The position numbers and the translations under genes are program-made. Below are positions 8,722-17,502 of a stretch of 64,000 nt of DNA, in pieces (positions within the stretch are counted from its first letter, which is position 1; each line of letters starts with the position of its first letter). Source of the DNA: Gemmatimonadaceae bacterium (GTDB taxonomy: Bacteria > Gemmatimonadota > Gemmatimonadetes > Gemmatimonadales > Gemmatimonadaceae); assembly GCA_036496605.1 (NCBI GenBank), contig DASXKV010000041.1:8373-72372 (forward strand), in the 5' to 3' direction. The notes beneath the pieces were generated by a model that saw only the letters and a program-made list of their open reading frames with translations, ran no database searches and had not been told where the DNA came from.

Positions 8722-9760
8722 ATGCCATGGCTCGACGCGTCACACCAAGCCCCGGCGCATCAGGCACGCGAATCTCGCCGCGCTCGATCGTCGCGCCCTC
8801 GTACGGATCGTCAGCGAGGAGTGCAGCGCCGTCGAAGTCCGCGTGATCGAGCAGCGACGCGAAGTGCGCTGCCGCCGAGATGCCAAGGCTCGACTCGATC
8901 ATGCAACCACACATCACGATCATGCCGTGCGCGCGCGCCGTCGCGATCATGCGCATCGCCTCACGAAGGCCGCCGCACTTCGAGAGCTTGATGTTGATCC
9001 CGTCGACGATGCCGGCGAGCTTCGCGACGTCGGTCGCGACGACGCACGACTCGTCGGCGATGACCGGGAGCGCGGAGCGCTCGCGCACGAAACGAAGCCC
9101 CTCAAGGTCGTGCGACGGAAGCGGCTGCTCGACGAATTCGACTCCCAGCTCGGCGAGGAGATCGATCATTCGAAGGGCGTACTTTGCCGTCCATGCCGCG
9201 TTCGCGTCGACTCGCAGAGTCTTCGTTGGCGCGGCACGACGAACGGCGCGAATGATCTCCTCGTCGCGATCGCTCCCGAGCTTGATCTTGAGCACGGGAT
9301 ATTGAATCGCTTCGTCGACGCGCGCCTCGAGCTCCTTCTCCGTCGCCGGAATTCCAATCGTGAAGCTCGATCGCGGCGCCTTCGATGGGTCGAGACCCCA
9401 GAGCTTGTACACCGGTATGTCGAGCTTCTTGCCGACGAGATCATGCGCGCCGGCGCTGATCGCCGACTTCATCGAACCGTTCAGTCGGATCGCCGCGTTC
9501 ATTTCAGTCTCGAGGGTCTCGAGAGCGAAGGGGTCTTCCGAGAGAACGCGCTCGGCAATCGGAGCGAGCCTCCCGTATGCGGCAATCGCGCTTTCGGTTG
9601 TTTCGCCGTAAAAGCGATTCGGTGCAGCCTCGCCCCACCCCTCGGCGCCGTCTCGATCGACGAGACGAACGCGAATCAGCTTCCACTCGCTCGAGCCGCC
9701 TCGTGCGATGACAAATGGATGCTTCGTGTGAACGGTGTGGGTGTCGTAGGAGAGCTTCAT
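8708..9760 (-). CDS. Dipeptide epimerase (L-Ala-D/L-Glu epimerase type), enolase superfamily
   Basis: MR/MLE-type motifs: KIKLG, RVDANAAW, VEQPL, ADES. The last codons and the stop lie in the right arm of the 8662-8721 hairpin. Confidence 0.8.
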   Translation of the reverse strand: MKLSYDTHTVHTKHPFVIARGGSSEWKLIRVRLVDRDGAEGWGEAAPNRFYGETTESAIAAYGRLAPIAERVLSEDPFALETLETEMNAAIRLNGSMKSAISAGAHDLVGKKLDIPVYKLWGLDPSKAPRSSFTIGIPATEKELEARVDEAIQYPVLKIKLGSDRDEEIIRAVRRAAPTKTLRVDANAAWTAKYALRMIDLLAELGVEFVEQPLPSHDLEGLRFVRERSALPVIADESCVVATDVAKLAGIVDGINIKLSKCGGLREAMRMIATARAHGMIVMCGCMIESSLGISAAAHFASLLDHADFDGAALLADDPYEGATIERGEIRVPDAPGLGVTRRAMASLSS

Positions 9761-9780
9761 TGGGCGAATTATAGAAGGTT

Positions 9781-9912
9781 GGGGGTAGAGGGTAGAGGGT
9801 AGAGGGTAGAGCGTAGGGCGTAGAGGGCGGAGGTTGAGCTATGCTCGACTCTCCGCCCTCCACAACCCACTGCCCTCTGCCCCAACCGTCTGCCCTCTGC
9901 GCTCTGCCCTAT
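9781..9912. repeat. Imperfect long hairpin with tandem 7-mer arms (GGTAGAG x~7 / CTCTGCC-type)
   Basis: Four perfect GGGTAGA units. The innermost 10 bp, GAGGGCGGAG/CTCCGCCCTC, are perfect. The right arm reaches the kinase stop codon. Confidence 0.7.
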
Positions 9913-10907
9913 GCTCCCTTCGCCAATCTCGCCACGCGCGCGAGGCGAGTGTACTCCTTGGCATTCGGCGACGACGCGAGAAATGCGATGAGCGCATCCG
10001 CCAGCTCATACCCGCGCGCATAGCGATCTGCGGGATTCTTCTCGAGGCATCGCATCACGACCGAGGAGAGGACCGCCGGGACGCGCTTGTTCGCTTCGTC
10101 GAGGGGAACCGGTTTCTCGTGCACCTGCTTGTAGCCGACGGAGAACGAATCCGCGCCGTCGAAGGGCGGATATCCCGCGAGGGATTCGTAAAGCATGATG
10201 CCCATCGCGTAGACGTCGCTCCGGCCATCGATGAGCTTTCCCATCGCCTGTTCTGGCGACATGTAGTGTGGGGTCCCCATCGCACGTCCGCTCGCGGTCA
10301 GTCGCCCGTGAAAGCGCGCAGTGGCGATGCCGAAATCGGTGATGATCGCGTTGCCGTCCTCGTCGAAGAGCACGTTGTCCGGCTTCACGTCGCGATGAAC
10401 GATGCCGTGACGATGCGCGTAGTCGAGGCCTGACGCGACCTGCGCCGACGCCGCGGCGACGAGAAGCGCGTCGACATTGCCCTGCTTTTGCACCTTGTCG
10501 GCGAGAGAGCCGCCATCGTAGTACGGCATCACCGTGAAAACGATGCCGTCGACTTCACCGTAGTCGAGGATCGGACAGATGTGCGGATGGCAGAGCTGGG
10601 CCGCGGATTCCGCCTCACGACGGAAGCGCTCGGCGATCTCCGGATCCTTCCCGAGGTGCGCGTGGAGTACCTTGATGACGACGCGTCGAGCGAGGAGCGC
10701 CTGTTCGGCAAAGTAGACGTCGGCCATGCCGCCGCCGCCGAGCCGGCGAATGACACGATAACGGCTCCCGGTTGCGCGACGAAGCTTCGAGATCTCCGCG
10801 TCCGGCTGCTCGAACGGCGCTGCGATGACCTCTGGCAAGGGGTCATTACATCGGGTACACGCCGCGGCCGACGCGCGGTTCCACGTCCCGCACTCAGGAC
10901 AGAACAT
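9909..10907 (-). CDS. Ser/Thr protein kinase with N-terminal zinc ribbon
   Basis: CPECG...CTRC zinc ribbon, then Hanks kinase motifs: GGGGMADVY, VVIKVL, HRDVKPDN, DFG, SPE. Confidence 0.9.
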   Translation of the reverse strand: MFCPECGTWNRASAAACTRCNDPLPEVIAAPFEQPDAEISKLRRATGSRYRVIRRLGGGGMADVYFAEQALLARRVVIKVLHAHLGKDPEIAERFRREAESAAQLCHPHICPILDYGEVDGIVFTVMPYYDGGSLADKVQKQGNVDALLVAAASAQVASGLDYAHRHGIVHRDVKPDNVLFDEDGNAIITDFGIATARFHGRLTASGRAMGTPHYMSPEQAMGKLIDGRSDVYAMGIMLYESLAGYPPFDGADSFSVGYKQVHEKPVPLDEANKRVPAVLSSVVMRCLEKNPADRYARGYELADALIAFLASSPNAKEYTRLARVARLAKGA

Positions 10908-10925
10908 GCATCACCGGCATTCGCG

Positions 10926-11546
10926 TCAGCCCCCGAATTGCATGCGTACGAAATCGAACGGCGGCCACGGACCACTGAGGTCGAGAGCGAGGCGGGGGTT
11001 GCGGCGTCGCTGGTCGTCGACCGCGGCAATAAAATCATCCCAGAGCTCTCTGTCCACCAGGAACGCAGAGCTGAGAACGATGCCGGTGAGCTGCTCCGAT
11101 TTGAGTGGAACGGCAACAACCGCGTGACGCCGCAGCAAGCGCAGCGACTCCGCTGCCGCTGCAGCGACGTCCGATCCCGTCTCCCGCTCGGCAGCTTTGC
11201 CGTCGACGCGACCGACATGAACTCGCGCAACCGCTCGGTCCTCGACAAACGACAGCGCTTCGGTGAGCGTGATGTAGTGCAGTTCGAGCCATCGAGTGAG
11301 CGTCTCGCGGGACCGGAATACCGTTCCCACGGGCGCGGGCAGAACGGGCGCTTTTCCGAAGACGTCGTCCACCACGCGCCGATATTGATCGATCATCTCA
11401 CCGGTCGGTGGCGCCGAGGCATACTCCGCCGGACTGACGATGGCCGCGAGGTCGCGAAAGTGCAGCAGCTCGATATTCTCGGGCGGTTTCGCCTGCGCGT
11501 GATGCTCCACATCGGTAATGCCGAACAACCGAAGCGCGTTAGGCAT
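10926..11546 (-). CDS. GvpL/GvpF-family protein (gas-vesicle-protein-like, orphan)
   Basis: Matches the family pattern LFGIT...LAAIVS...VLPAPVGTVF...L..WL...L.EAL..V.DR...RVHV. No gvpA or other gvp genes in the window. Confidence 0.55.
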   Translation of the reverse strand: MPNALRLFGITDVEHHAQAKPPENIELLHFRDLAAIVSPAEYASAPPTGEMIDQYRRVVDDVFGKAPVLPAPVGTVFRSRETLTRWLELHYITLTEALSFVEDRAVARVHVGRVDGKAAERETGSDVAAAAAESLRLLRRHAVVAVPLKSEQLTGIVLSSAFLVDRELWDDFIAAVDDQRRRNPRLALDLSGPWPPFDFVRMQFGG

Positions 11547-11668
11547 TTGAACCGACTCTTATTGAGAGTCCCGAAGGGTTGGTTTTCATCGAATGCCTTA
11601 GCGCCAATTCCAAAATGGGAGCCTGCAAATAGGACGACCGCCGGGCCTGAAAATCAACAACCCTGGCC

Positions 11669-12607
11669 CTATTCCCCAGCCACCAACGCCGCCATCATGG
11701 TGACGCACGCCTCACCCAGCCGCTCCGGCACGTAGCCGCCCTCCAGGGCGCTCACGAGTCGCCCCTGGCACCAGCTTTCCGCCCGGGCTACCATCTCCCG
11801 TGTGAGCCGGTCGACGTCCGACATCTCGAGCGTAAATCCGCCTAACGGGTCACCGGCGAGCGAGTCGAAGCCTGCCGAGATGAAAACAAGATCGGGAATC
11901 CAACCGCGCGTCGCGTCGTCCACCGCGGCGAGAAAGGCCGAAACGTAGCGATCCGCGGGGAGACCAGGAGGCAGTGGCACATTCCAGACCGTTTCGTGAG
12001 GTCCGCGGTCTGCCGCGGCGCCTGTCCCCGGATACCAAGGCCACTGGTGCATCGACACGAAATGGACGTTCGGCTCCTCTTCGACGAGCGCCTGGGTTCC
12101 GTTTCCGTGATGTACGTCCCAATCCACGATCAACACGCGCTCGACGGCATGCCTGGACCGGGCATATCGCGCGCCGATGGCTACGTTGCCAAAGAGACAG
12201 AAGCCCATGGCCCGCGCGCGAAGCGCGTGGTGTCCCGGCGGCCGGACCGCGCAGAAGCTCCGCGAGGCGCGGCCGTCCATCGCCATGTCGACCCCATCGA
12301 GGACGCAACCTGCGGCCGCCGTTGCAGCGTCCCAGGATCCGGGGCTTGCGACCGTGTCGGGGTCGAGAGGCCCACCGCCCGCGTCGACGATTGCGTGCAC
12401 GCGATCGACGTAGAGTGCGTCGTGCGCGAGCGACAGTTCGTCCCGTGTCGCGTGCCGTCCCTCGACGTGCATGAGAGCGTGGAAAAGCTCGGGGCGCTCT
12501 CGGAGCGCACGCGGGATCGCGCGCAGCCGGCCGACGTGCTCGGGATGGCCCCAGCCGGTGTCGTGCCGGCCGCAGTCTGCGTTGGAAATGAACGCGACCG
12601 GCACCAA
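11669..12607 (-). CDS. Histone-deacetylase-family amidohydrolase (AcuC/HDAC-like)
   Basis: RPPGHHA, DWDVHHGNGTQ, ISAGFD, EGGY motifs. Confidence 0.9.
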   Translation of the reverse strand: MVPVAFISNADCGRHDTGWGHPEHVGRLRAIPRALRERPELFHALMHVEGRHATRDELSLAHDALYVDRVHAIVDAGGGPLDPDTVASPGSWDAATAAAGCVLDGVDMAMDGRASRSFCAVRPPGHHALRARAMGFCLFGNVAIGARYARSRHAVERVLIVDWDVHHGNGTQALVEEEPNVHFVSMHQWPWYPGTGAAADRGPHETVWNVPLPPGLPADRYVSAFLAAVDDATRGWIPDLVFISAGFDSLAGDPLGGFTLEMSDVDRLTREMVARAESWCQGRLVSALEGGYVPERLGEACVTMMAALVAGE

Positions 12608-12613
12608 GAGAAA

Positions 12614-12655
12614 GGGGCTAGGGGCTCGGGGCTAGGCGGTAGACTACGCCTAACG
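12614..12655. repeat. CTAGGGGC-family tandem (GGGGCTAG/GGGGCTCG x3) plus small TAGGCG…CGCCTA hairpin
   Basis: ggggctaggggctcggggctaggcggtagactacgcctaacg. Confidence 0.6.
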
Positions 12656-12661
12656 AGTCAA

Positions 12662-12988
12662 TCACCGCACCGGTCGCCGTCGGCGGTGCGTGAGGAGCAG
12701 AATCGCACCGTCGCCGATTCCCAGATCCGAGAGCGGAGCTGCCTCGTCGAGAATGTCCCAGCCTCGGAACTTCATCACGAAGTCTCCGTGCATCTCCGCT
12801 TCTGGAAAGAGCGCCTCGAGTGCGCGCACCTTGAGCGTGAGCAGGGGCTCGCGCGGCGTCGCCACGATGCGCACCGCGTCCCACACCTCCGGCATCTCGA
12901 CACGAATGGTGAGGCTCGTTGCGCTCGCCTGCGTCAGCTTGATCGTCGACGGCCGCGCGCGCAGCTGTGACACGAAGAGATCGGTCAT
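12662..12988 (-). CDS. Hypothetical small protein (108 aa), possible beta-grasp/ubiquitin-like C-terminal half
   Basis: ATGA overlap with the upstream small ORF. The C-terminal pattern FVMKFRGWDILDEAAPLSDLGIGDGAILLL resembles Ubl/YukD-like folds (weak, by eye). Confidence 0.5.
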   Translation of the reverse strand: MTDLFVSQLRARPSTIKLTQASATSLTIRVEMPEVWDAVRIVATPREPLLTLKVRALEALFPEAEMHGDFVMKFRGWDILDEAAPLSDLGIGDGAILLLTHRRRRPVR

Positions 12989-13266
12989 GATGGTATCGCC
13001 GGCAGGGTCGAGAAGAAGCGCGCGAGCTGCATATCGAAGAGATACGTCGAGCCGGTGACGCGGGTCGCGCCGTCCGATGGCTCGACGCCAATGACGACCT
13101 CTTCCCCGCCCTGTCCGCGAAAGCTGCAGAAGGTCGGGCCTTCCTTGTCGAGGAAAGCGGCATAGAGCGGGTTGCGGTTGGCGAAAAAATCCTTCGCGCG
13201 CGCCAACACCTCGTTGGGCTGGAGCGTCGTTTGAAATTCCTGCAGCGTGCGTTGTGAAGGCGCCAT
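12985..13266 (-). CDS. Hypothetical small protein (93 aa)
   Basis: Internal Met (MAPSQRTLQEF...) 23 nt downstream of the GAF-kinase stop, and a 4-nt overlap with the next gene. No family recognised. Confidence 0.5.
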   Translation of the reverse strand: MAPSQRTLQEFQTTLQPNEVLARAKDFFANRNPLYAAFLDKEGPTFCSFRGQGGEEVVIGVEPSDGATRVTGSTYLFDMQLARFFSTLPAIPS

Positions 13267-13289
13267 TTCAAAAGTTCTAATTGCGGAGT

Positions 13290-14696
13290 TCAGTGGATAT
13301 CGGGCGACGGCTCTTCGTTCGGCTCGTAGGCGAGCGGAATCTCGACGCGAAAGGTCGAACCGAACGCGGGCGTGGAAACCAGCACGATGTCGCCGCCCAG
13401 TAATCTCGCCAGGCGGCGAGCCAACGCGAGTCCCAGGCCAGAGCCGCCGTAGCGGCGCGTCATGGACCCGTCGACCTGGCGGAACTCGTCGAAGACAACG
13501 CGCTGTGCCTCGGGTGGGATCCCGATCCCGCTGTCCTGCACGCTGTAGATGACTCGATCCTCGAGCACCTCGAGCTCGACGCGCACCTCCCCTTCGTGCG
13601 TGAACTTGTACGCATTGCCGAGGAGACTCGCGAGGATCTTCGCGATCTTTTTCCGGTCGCTCCACATCACGCGAGCGGGGGGCGCGTGCTCTCCGTCGCC
13701 GGAGTCATCCCGCCGAGCCTCGATGACCCGCAGCTCCACGGACTCCGGCCGTCCGTGGGAGCTCGCGATTGCCATCTGTATCGGCTCTCTCGGATCGAAG
13801 CCGCTGACGATCACCTCGAGCCCACCACGCTTGAGCGTCGTCAGCTCGAGGAGGTCGCCGATGAGACCGAGGAGCTGCTCGCTCGCCGTCTTGACCTGAC
13901 CGAGTGTTTTCTGCTGCTCGTCGTTGATAGGGCCTGCCAGCCCTTCCTGCATCAGAGATATGTAGCCGATCACGGCCGTCAGCGGAGTTCTCAGTTCATG
14001 CGAGATATTCGACAAAAACTCGTCCTTGATACGGCGCGCCTCGAGGAGTGCGACGTATTGCCGCTCGAGCTCCGAGTTGGACTCGATGAGCGCTCCATTC
14101 GCGCGCCGCAGTTCTTCGATGAGGCGTGCCTTCTCCGCGGTCGCCGCCATCTGGTCGGCCACCATCCGAAGGAGGCTGCGAGTCTCCGTCGTGAGCGCGT
14201 GCGGGTCGGCGAAGTAGAACGTGACGGCTCCGAGCACTGCCTGGCCGGTTTGCAGTGGAAGCGCGACGAGCGACCGAAAGCCAAGCTCCGCGGCGACCTC
14301 CTGCCAATCTTCGAGCGACGGATCGGCGAAGACGTCGGCCACCTCGATTGCGCGTCGCTCACTGGCCGCCTCGCCGCTCGGGCCGAAGCCGAGGCGGACA
14401 CGCATCTCACCGAGGAAGGGTGAGAACTGCGCCGGCCAGTTGTGGACTGCACCGAGTCGCATCAACTCGGACGCGCCGTCGATGAGGTAGACGCACGCGA
14501 ACGATGCGCCCACGAGGGGGCTCACGCGGTCGAGTGCGAATTGAAAGACGTCCTCAGGGCGGTCGGCGGTGAGAAAGGCGTGAACGATCTCACGGACAGC
14601 GATGAGCTCGCGGATCCCGAGGTCGACGTTCGCGCTGGTTTCGACGCGCTCGGACGTCGTCACGCCCCCACCATTTGCTCTGGACACGCGGGGCAA
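13290..14696 (-). CDS. GAF-domain sensor histidine kinase
   Basis: N-terminal GAF-like region, H-box FLSNISHELRTPL, N-box GNAYKFT, G-boxes DSGIGI and GSGLGLALA. Confidence 0.9.
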   Translation of the reverse strand: MPRVSRANGGGVTTSERVETSANVDLGIRELIAVREIVHAFLTADRPEDVFQFALDRVSPLVGASFACVYLIDGASELMRLGAVHNWPAQFSPFLGEMRVRLGFGPSGEAASERRAIEVADVFADPSLEDWQEVAAELGFRSLVALPLQTGQAVLGAVTFYFADPHALTTETRSLLRMVADQMAATAEKARLIEELRRANGALIESNSELERQYVALLEARRIKDEFLSNISHELRTPLTAVIGYISLMQEGLAGPINDEQQKTLGQVKTASEQLLGLIGDLLELTTLKRGGLEVIVSGFDPREPIQMAIASSHGRPESVELRVIEARRDDSGDGEHAPPARVMWSDRKKIAKILASLLGNAYKFTHEGEVRVELEVLEDRVIYSVQDSGIGIPPEAQRVVFDEFRQVDGSMTRRYGGSGLGLALARRLARLLGGDIVLVSTPAFGSTFRVEIPLAYEPNEEPSPDIH

Positions 14697-14759
14697 TGTA
14701 TAGCGGGCACGGGCGTCGGTCTAGGAATTAAACGCTTGTGTCGGCGCGGGTTGCGGGTC

Positions 14760-15782
14760 TCACTTCCGCATGACTCGCTCGAGTGCCTTGAACACGTCGG
14801 GGTCGATCAGCGTCCCGGAAAGCGCCGTCATGAACGTCGCGGCGCGCTCTGGAGTCAGGCGCTCGCGATACGGACGCTCCGACGTCAGCGCATTGAAGGC
14901 ATCGGCCGCGGCGAGAATGCGGCCGCCGATCGAGATCTCGGGGCCGCGGAGGCCGCGCGGATAGCCCGCGCCATCCCAGCGCTCGTGGTGATCCCGCACG
15001 AACGTGATCACCGGCCCGAGGTGTGTCAACGGGGCGAGCATCTCGACGCTGATGAGTAAATGCTCACGAATGTGCTCGATCTCTGCGTCGGTGAGCGTGC
15101 CCACCTTGTTGAGCACGGCCTCGCGCACGCCGATGCGTCCCACGTCGCGGAGCCGGCCGGCGAGGCGCACCTGCTCGACGACATCGCCAGGCAGCACCAT
15201 CTCGCGCGCGATCGCGGCCGCCAACTCGGCGACACGCGCCGACTGCCCGCGGTAGAAGGGCTCCTTCGCTTCCATGGCGGTGACGAGAGAGTCGACGATG
15301 CCCACCGACAGCTCCCGGAGCAGCGCCTTCTCCCGCTCGATCTCGATGGCCCGCTGCTCGACTTCGTCGCGGATCAATCGCTCCGTGCGGCGACGGTCGA
15401 TCAGCAGATCGCGCTTGTGGAGTGCCCGATCGATGGCGCGTCCGAGCTCATCGAGCTCCATTGGCTTGAGCAAATACTCACTCGCTCCGGAGTGCAGCGC
15501 TCTCTTCGCGCTCGCCGCGTCGTTCACCGCCGTGAGCATCACGATCGCGAGATCGGCGTCGGCCGCCGCCGCGCGCCGGGCGACCTCGAACCCGTCGACG
15601 CCGGGCATGAGGATGTCACAGATGACGGCCGCAAATTGCCGTCCGTCGAGGGCGGCGAGCGCCTCGGCGCCGTCCGCGGCTTCATCGACGACGAAGCCGC
15701 GCCGGCGCAGATAGCGTGCAACGCTCTCACGCAGCGGACGTTCGTCGTCGACGACGAGGAGGTGTGCGGCGGGCGCCGTCAC
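14760..15782 (-). CDS. Response regulator with HD-GYP phosphodiesterase domain (RpfG-like)
   Basis: Receiver domain (LLVVDDE..., ICDILMPGVDG, LLKP) followed by HD-GYP signature HHERWDGAGYPRGL. Confidence 0.9.
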   Translation of the reverse strand: MTAPAAHLLVVDDERPLRESVARYLRRRGFVVDEAADGAEALAALDGRQFAAVICDILMPGVDGFEVARRAAAADADLAIVMLTAVNDAASAKRALHSGASEYLLKPMELDELGRAIDRALHKRDLLIDRRRTERLIRDEVEQRAIEIEREKALLRELSVGIVDSLVTAMEAKEPFYRGQSARVAELAAAIAREMVLPGDVVEQVRLAGRLRDVGRIGVREAVLNKVGTLTDAEIEHIREHLLISVEMLAPLTHLGPVITFVRDHHERWDGAGYPRGLRGPEISIGGRILAAADAFNALTSERPYRERLTPERAATFMTALSGTLIDPDVFKALERVMRK

Positions 15783-15806
15783 CGGTCGTGCGCCGACCGG
15801 ATGGCG

Positions 15807-17261
15807 CTACGCAACCCGTCCACGGATTTCCGAGTCGCCGGCGTCGCCGCCGCCGCCATTCAGCTTGCGCCGCAAGGTGCGCACGTTGATGCCGAGCATC
15901 TGCGCGGCGCGCGTGCGGTTGCCCTTCGTCAGCGCCAGTGCCTGCTCGATCACGCGACGCTCCACTTCCATGAGATCCAGCGAAGGAAGGGCGAGGACGT
16001 GCGCGCCGTTGCTCGCAGGCGGAGCCTTCGCGCCATCGCCGTGCATCGAGGAGCTCGGGGCCGCCTCCTCGGTCGGCGCAGTCGCCTGGAGCGACGCGAA
16101 GAGATGGACGCGGAGCGTTTCGTCCGTGCTGAGAATGACCGCGCGCTCGACGGTGTTCTGGAGCTGCCTAACGTTGCCCGGCCACTCGTGGCCGCAGAGC
16201 AGCTCGAGCGCTTCCGCCTCGAACCCTTGAACTTCCTTCCCGGCTTCCGCGGCTGCGCGCGCGGCGAACCGCTGCGCGAGCACGGGTATGTCCTCACGGC
16301 GATCGCGCAGTGCCGGGATCGAAATCGGAAAGACGTTGAGGCGATAGTAGAGATCCTGACGGAACTGGCCCGCGCTCACCTCGGCCTCGAGGTCACGCGT
16401 CGTCGTCGCGATGATGCGGACATCGGCTTTGACCGGACCAGAACCGCCAATCCGTTCGAATTCGCGCTCCTGGAGAACGCGGAGCAGCTTTGGCTGAAGG
16501 TCCGCCGGCAGCTCGGCGATCTCGTCGAGCAGCAACGTACCGCCGCCCGCGCGCTCGAGCGCGCCAAGCGAGCGCTTGGGTGAACCCGTGAGCGCTCCCT
16601 TCTCGTGGCCAAAGAGTGTGCTCTCGATCTGGCCTTCCGGAAGCGCCGCACAGTTCATTCGAATGAACGGCCCTTCACGCCGATCGCTCTGCGCGTGAAT
16701 CGCGCGAGCGAGAAGCTCCTTGCCCGTGCCCGGCTCGCCCTGGAGCAGCACGGTCGCGCGACTCGACGCCGCGGACGCAACACTGTCGAGCAGCTGGCGA
16801 ATCGCTCGGCCGTCTCCGATGATCTCGTGCTCGCTGCGACGTCCCTGCAGCTCTCGCAACAGCGCGCGGTTCTCGTCTCGAAGCCGTGCCACCGCCAGCG
16901 CCTGCTCGACGGTGAGCTGGAGCTGTTCGTTCTGGAAGGGCTTCGCGAGATAATGCGTCGCGCCCGCGCGCATCGCCGACACCGCGTGCTCGATGGTGCC
17001 GAATTCGGTGAGCATGATGACGGGGACGTCACGATCCTCTTCGCGCAGGAGTCGCAGCAACTCGAGACCATCGAGCTGTCCCGCACTCGCCGCGGACATG
17101 TTCCAATCACATATGACGAGATCAATGTGATTGGCACCGAGCGCCTGCAATGCTTCGGCAGCATTGCTCGCGGTCAGTGCGTCGTGGCCGAAGCGGGCGA
17201 GCGCCTTGGTGAGCACGCCGCGAACGGACGGATCCTGGTCGACAAGAAGGACGGTGGCCAT
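15807..17261 (-). CDS. Sigma-54-type enhancer-binding protein (NtrC family: receiver + AAA+ + Fis HTH)
   Basis: Receiver (VICDWNM), Walker A GEPGTGKE, Walker B LLLDEI, RVIATT, C-terminal HTH AAQMLGINVRTLRRKL. The GAFTGA loop reads GALTGS (16581-16598). Confidence 0.9.
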   Translation of the reverse strand: MATVLLVDQDPSVRGVLTKALARFGHDALTASNAAEALQALGANHIDLVICDWNMSAASAGQLDGLELLRLLREEDRDVPVIMLTEFGTIEHAVSAMRAGATHYLAKPFQNEQLQLTVEQALAVARLRDENRALLRELQGRRSEHEIIGDGRAIRQLLDSVASAASSRATVLLQGEPGTGKELLARAIHAQSDRREGPFIRMNCAALPEGQIESTLFGHEKGALTGSPKRSLGALERAGGGTLLLDEIAELPADLQPKLLRVLQEREFERIGGSGPVKADVRIIATTTRDLEAEVSAGQFRQDLYYRLNVFPISIPALRDRREDIPVLAQRFAARAAAEAGKEVQGFEAEALELLCGHEWPGNVRQLQNTVERAVILSTDETLRVHLFASLQATAPTEEAAPSSSMHGDGAKAPPASNGAHVLALPSLDLMEVERRVIEQALALTKGNRTRAAQMLGINVRTLRRKLNGGGGDAGDSEIRGRVA

Positions 17262-17424
17262 AGTCGTCGGTTTGACGATCGAGCTGGACCGTAGTTACGC
17301 GAGTCGACGATTCGCATTTCGCAAGGCGAGGAGAAGAGCGCGATGTTCGCTTTTCGGGCAGTGGGGAAGGAGGCGGACATTAGGCAGAGCGGTAAGAGCG
17401 GTACGGCTCTAAAAGTACGGCTCT

Positions 17425-17481
17425 AGAAGAGCGGCTCTAGAGACCGTCCTCTTAGATCCGGTCCTCTAGAGCCGCTCTTCT
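17425..17481 (-). terminator. 18-bp perfect-stem hairpin downstream of the M3-like peptidase gene (candidate intrinsic terminator)
   Basis: AGAAGAGCGGCTCTAGAG-21 nt-CTCTAGAGCCGCTCTTCT. On the minus strand a short U-containing tract (cuuuu) follows within 15 nt. Flanked by direct repeats of AGAGCGGTA and GTACGGCTCTA. Confidence 0.55.
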
Positions 17482-17502
17482 GCCTTTCGCCGAGTCACGC
17501 GC

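Noticed and set aside
10926-11546. Gas-vesicle gene cluster.
   Set aside because: Only a single GvpL/F-like gene is present. No gvpA/J/M/N/K or other gvp genes occur in the window.
11764-11780. Sigma54-like promoter TGGCAC-cagct-TTCCG. A second weak candidate (GGCGG-N-TTGCA) lies on the minus strand around 11600-11620, upstream of the GvpF-like gene.
   Set aside because: The first lies inside the HDAC gene on the wrong strand, with an imperfect -12 box. The second has 13-nt rather than 12-nt GG-GC spacing and lacks the TGGCAC consensus.
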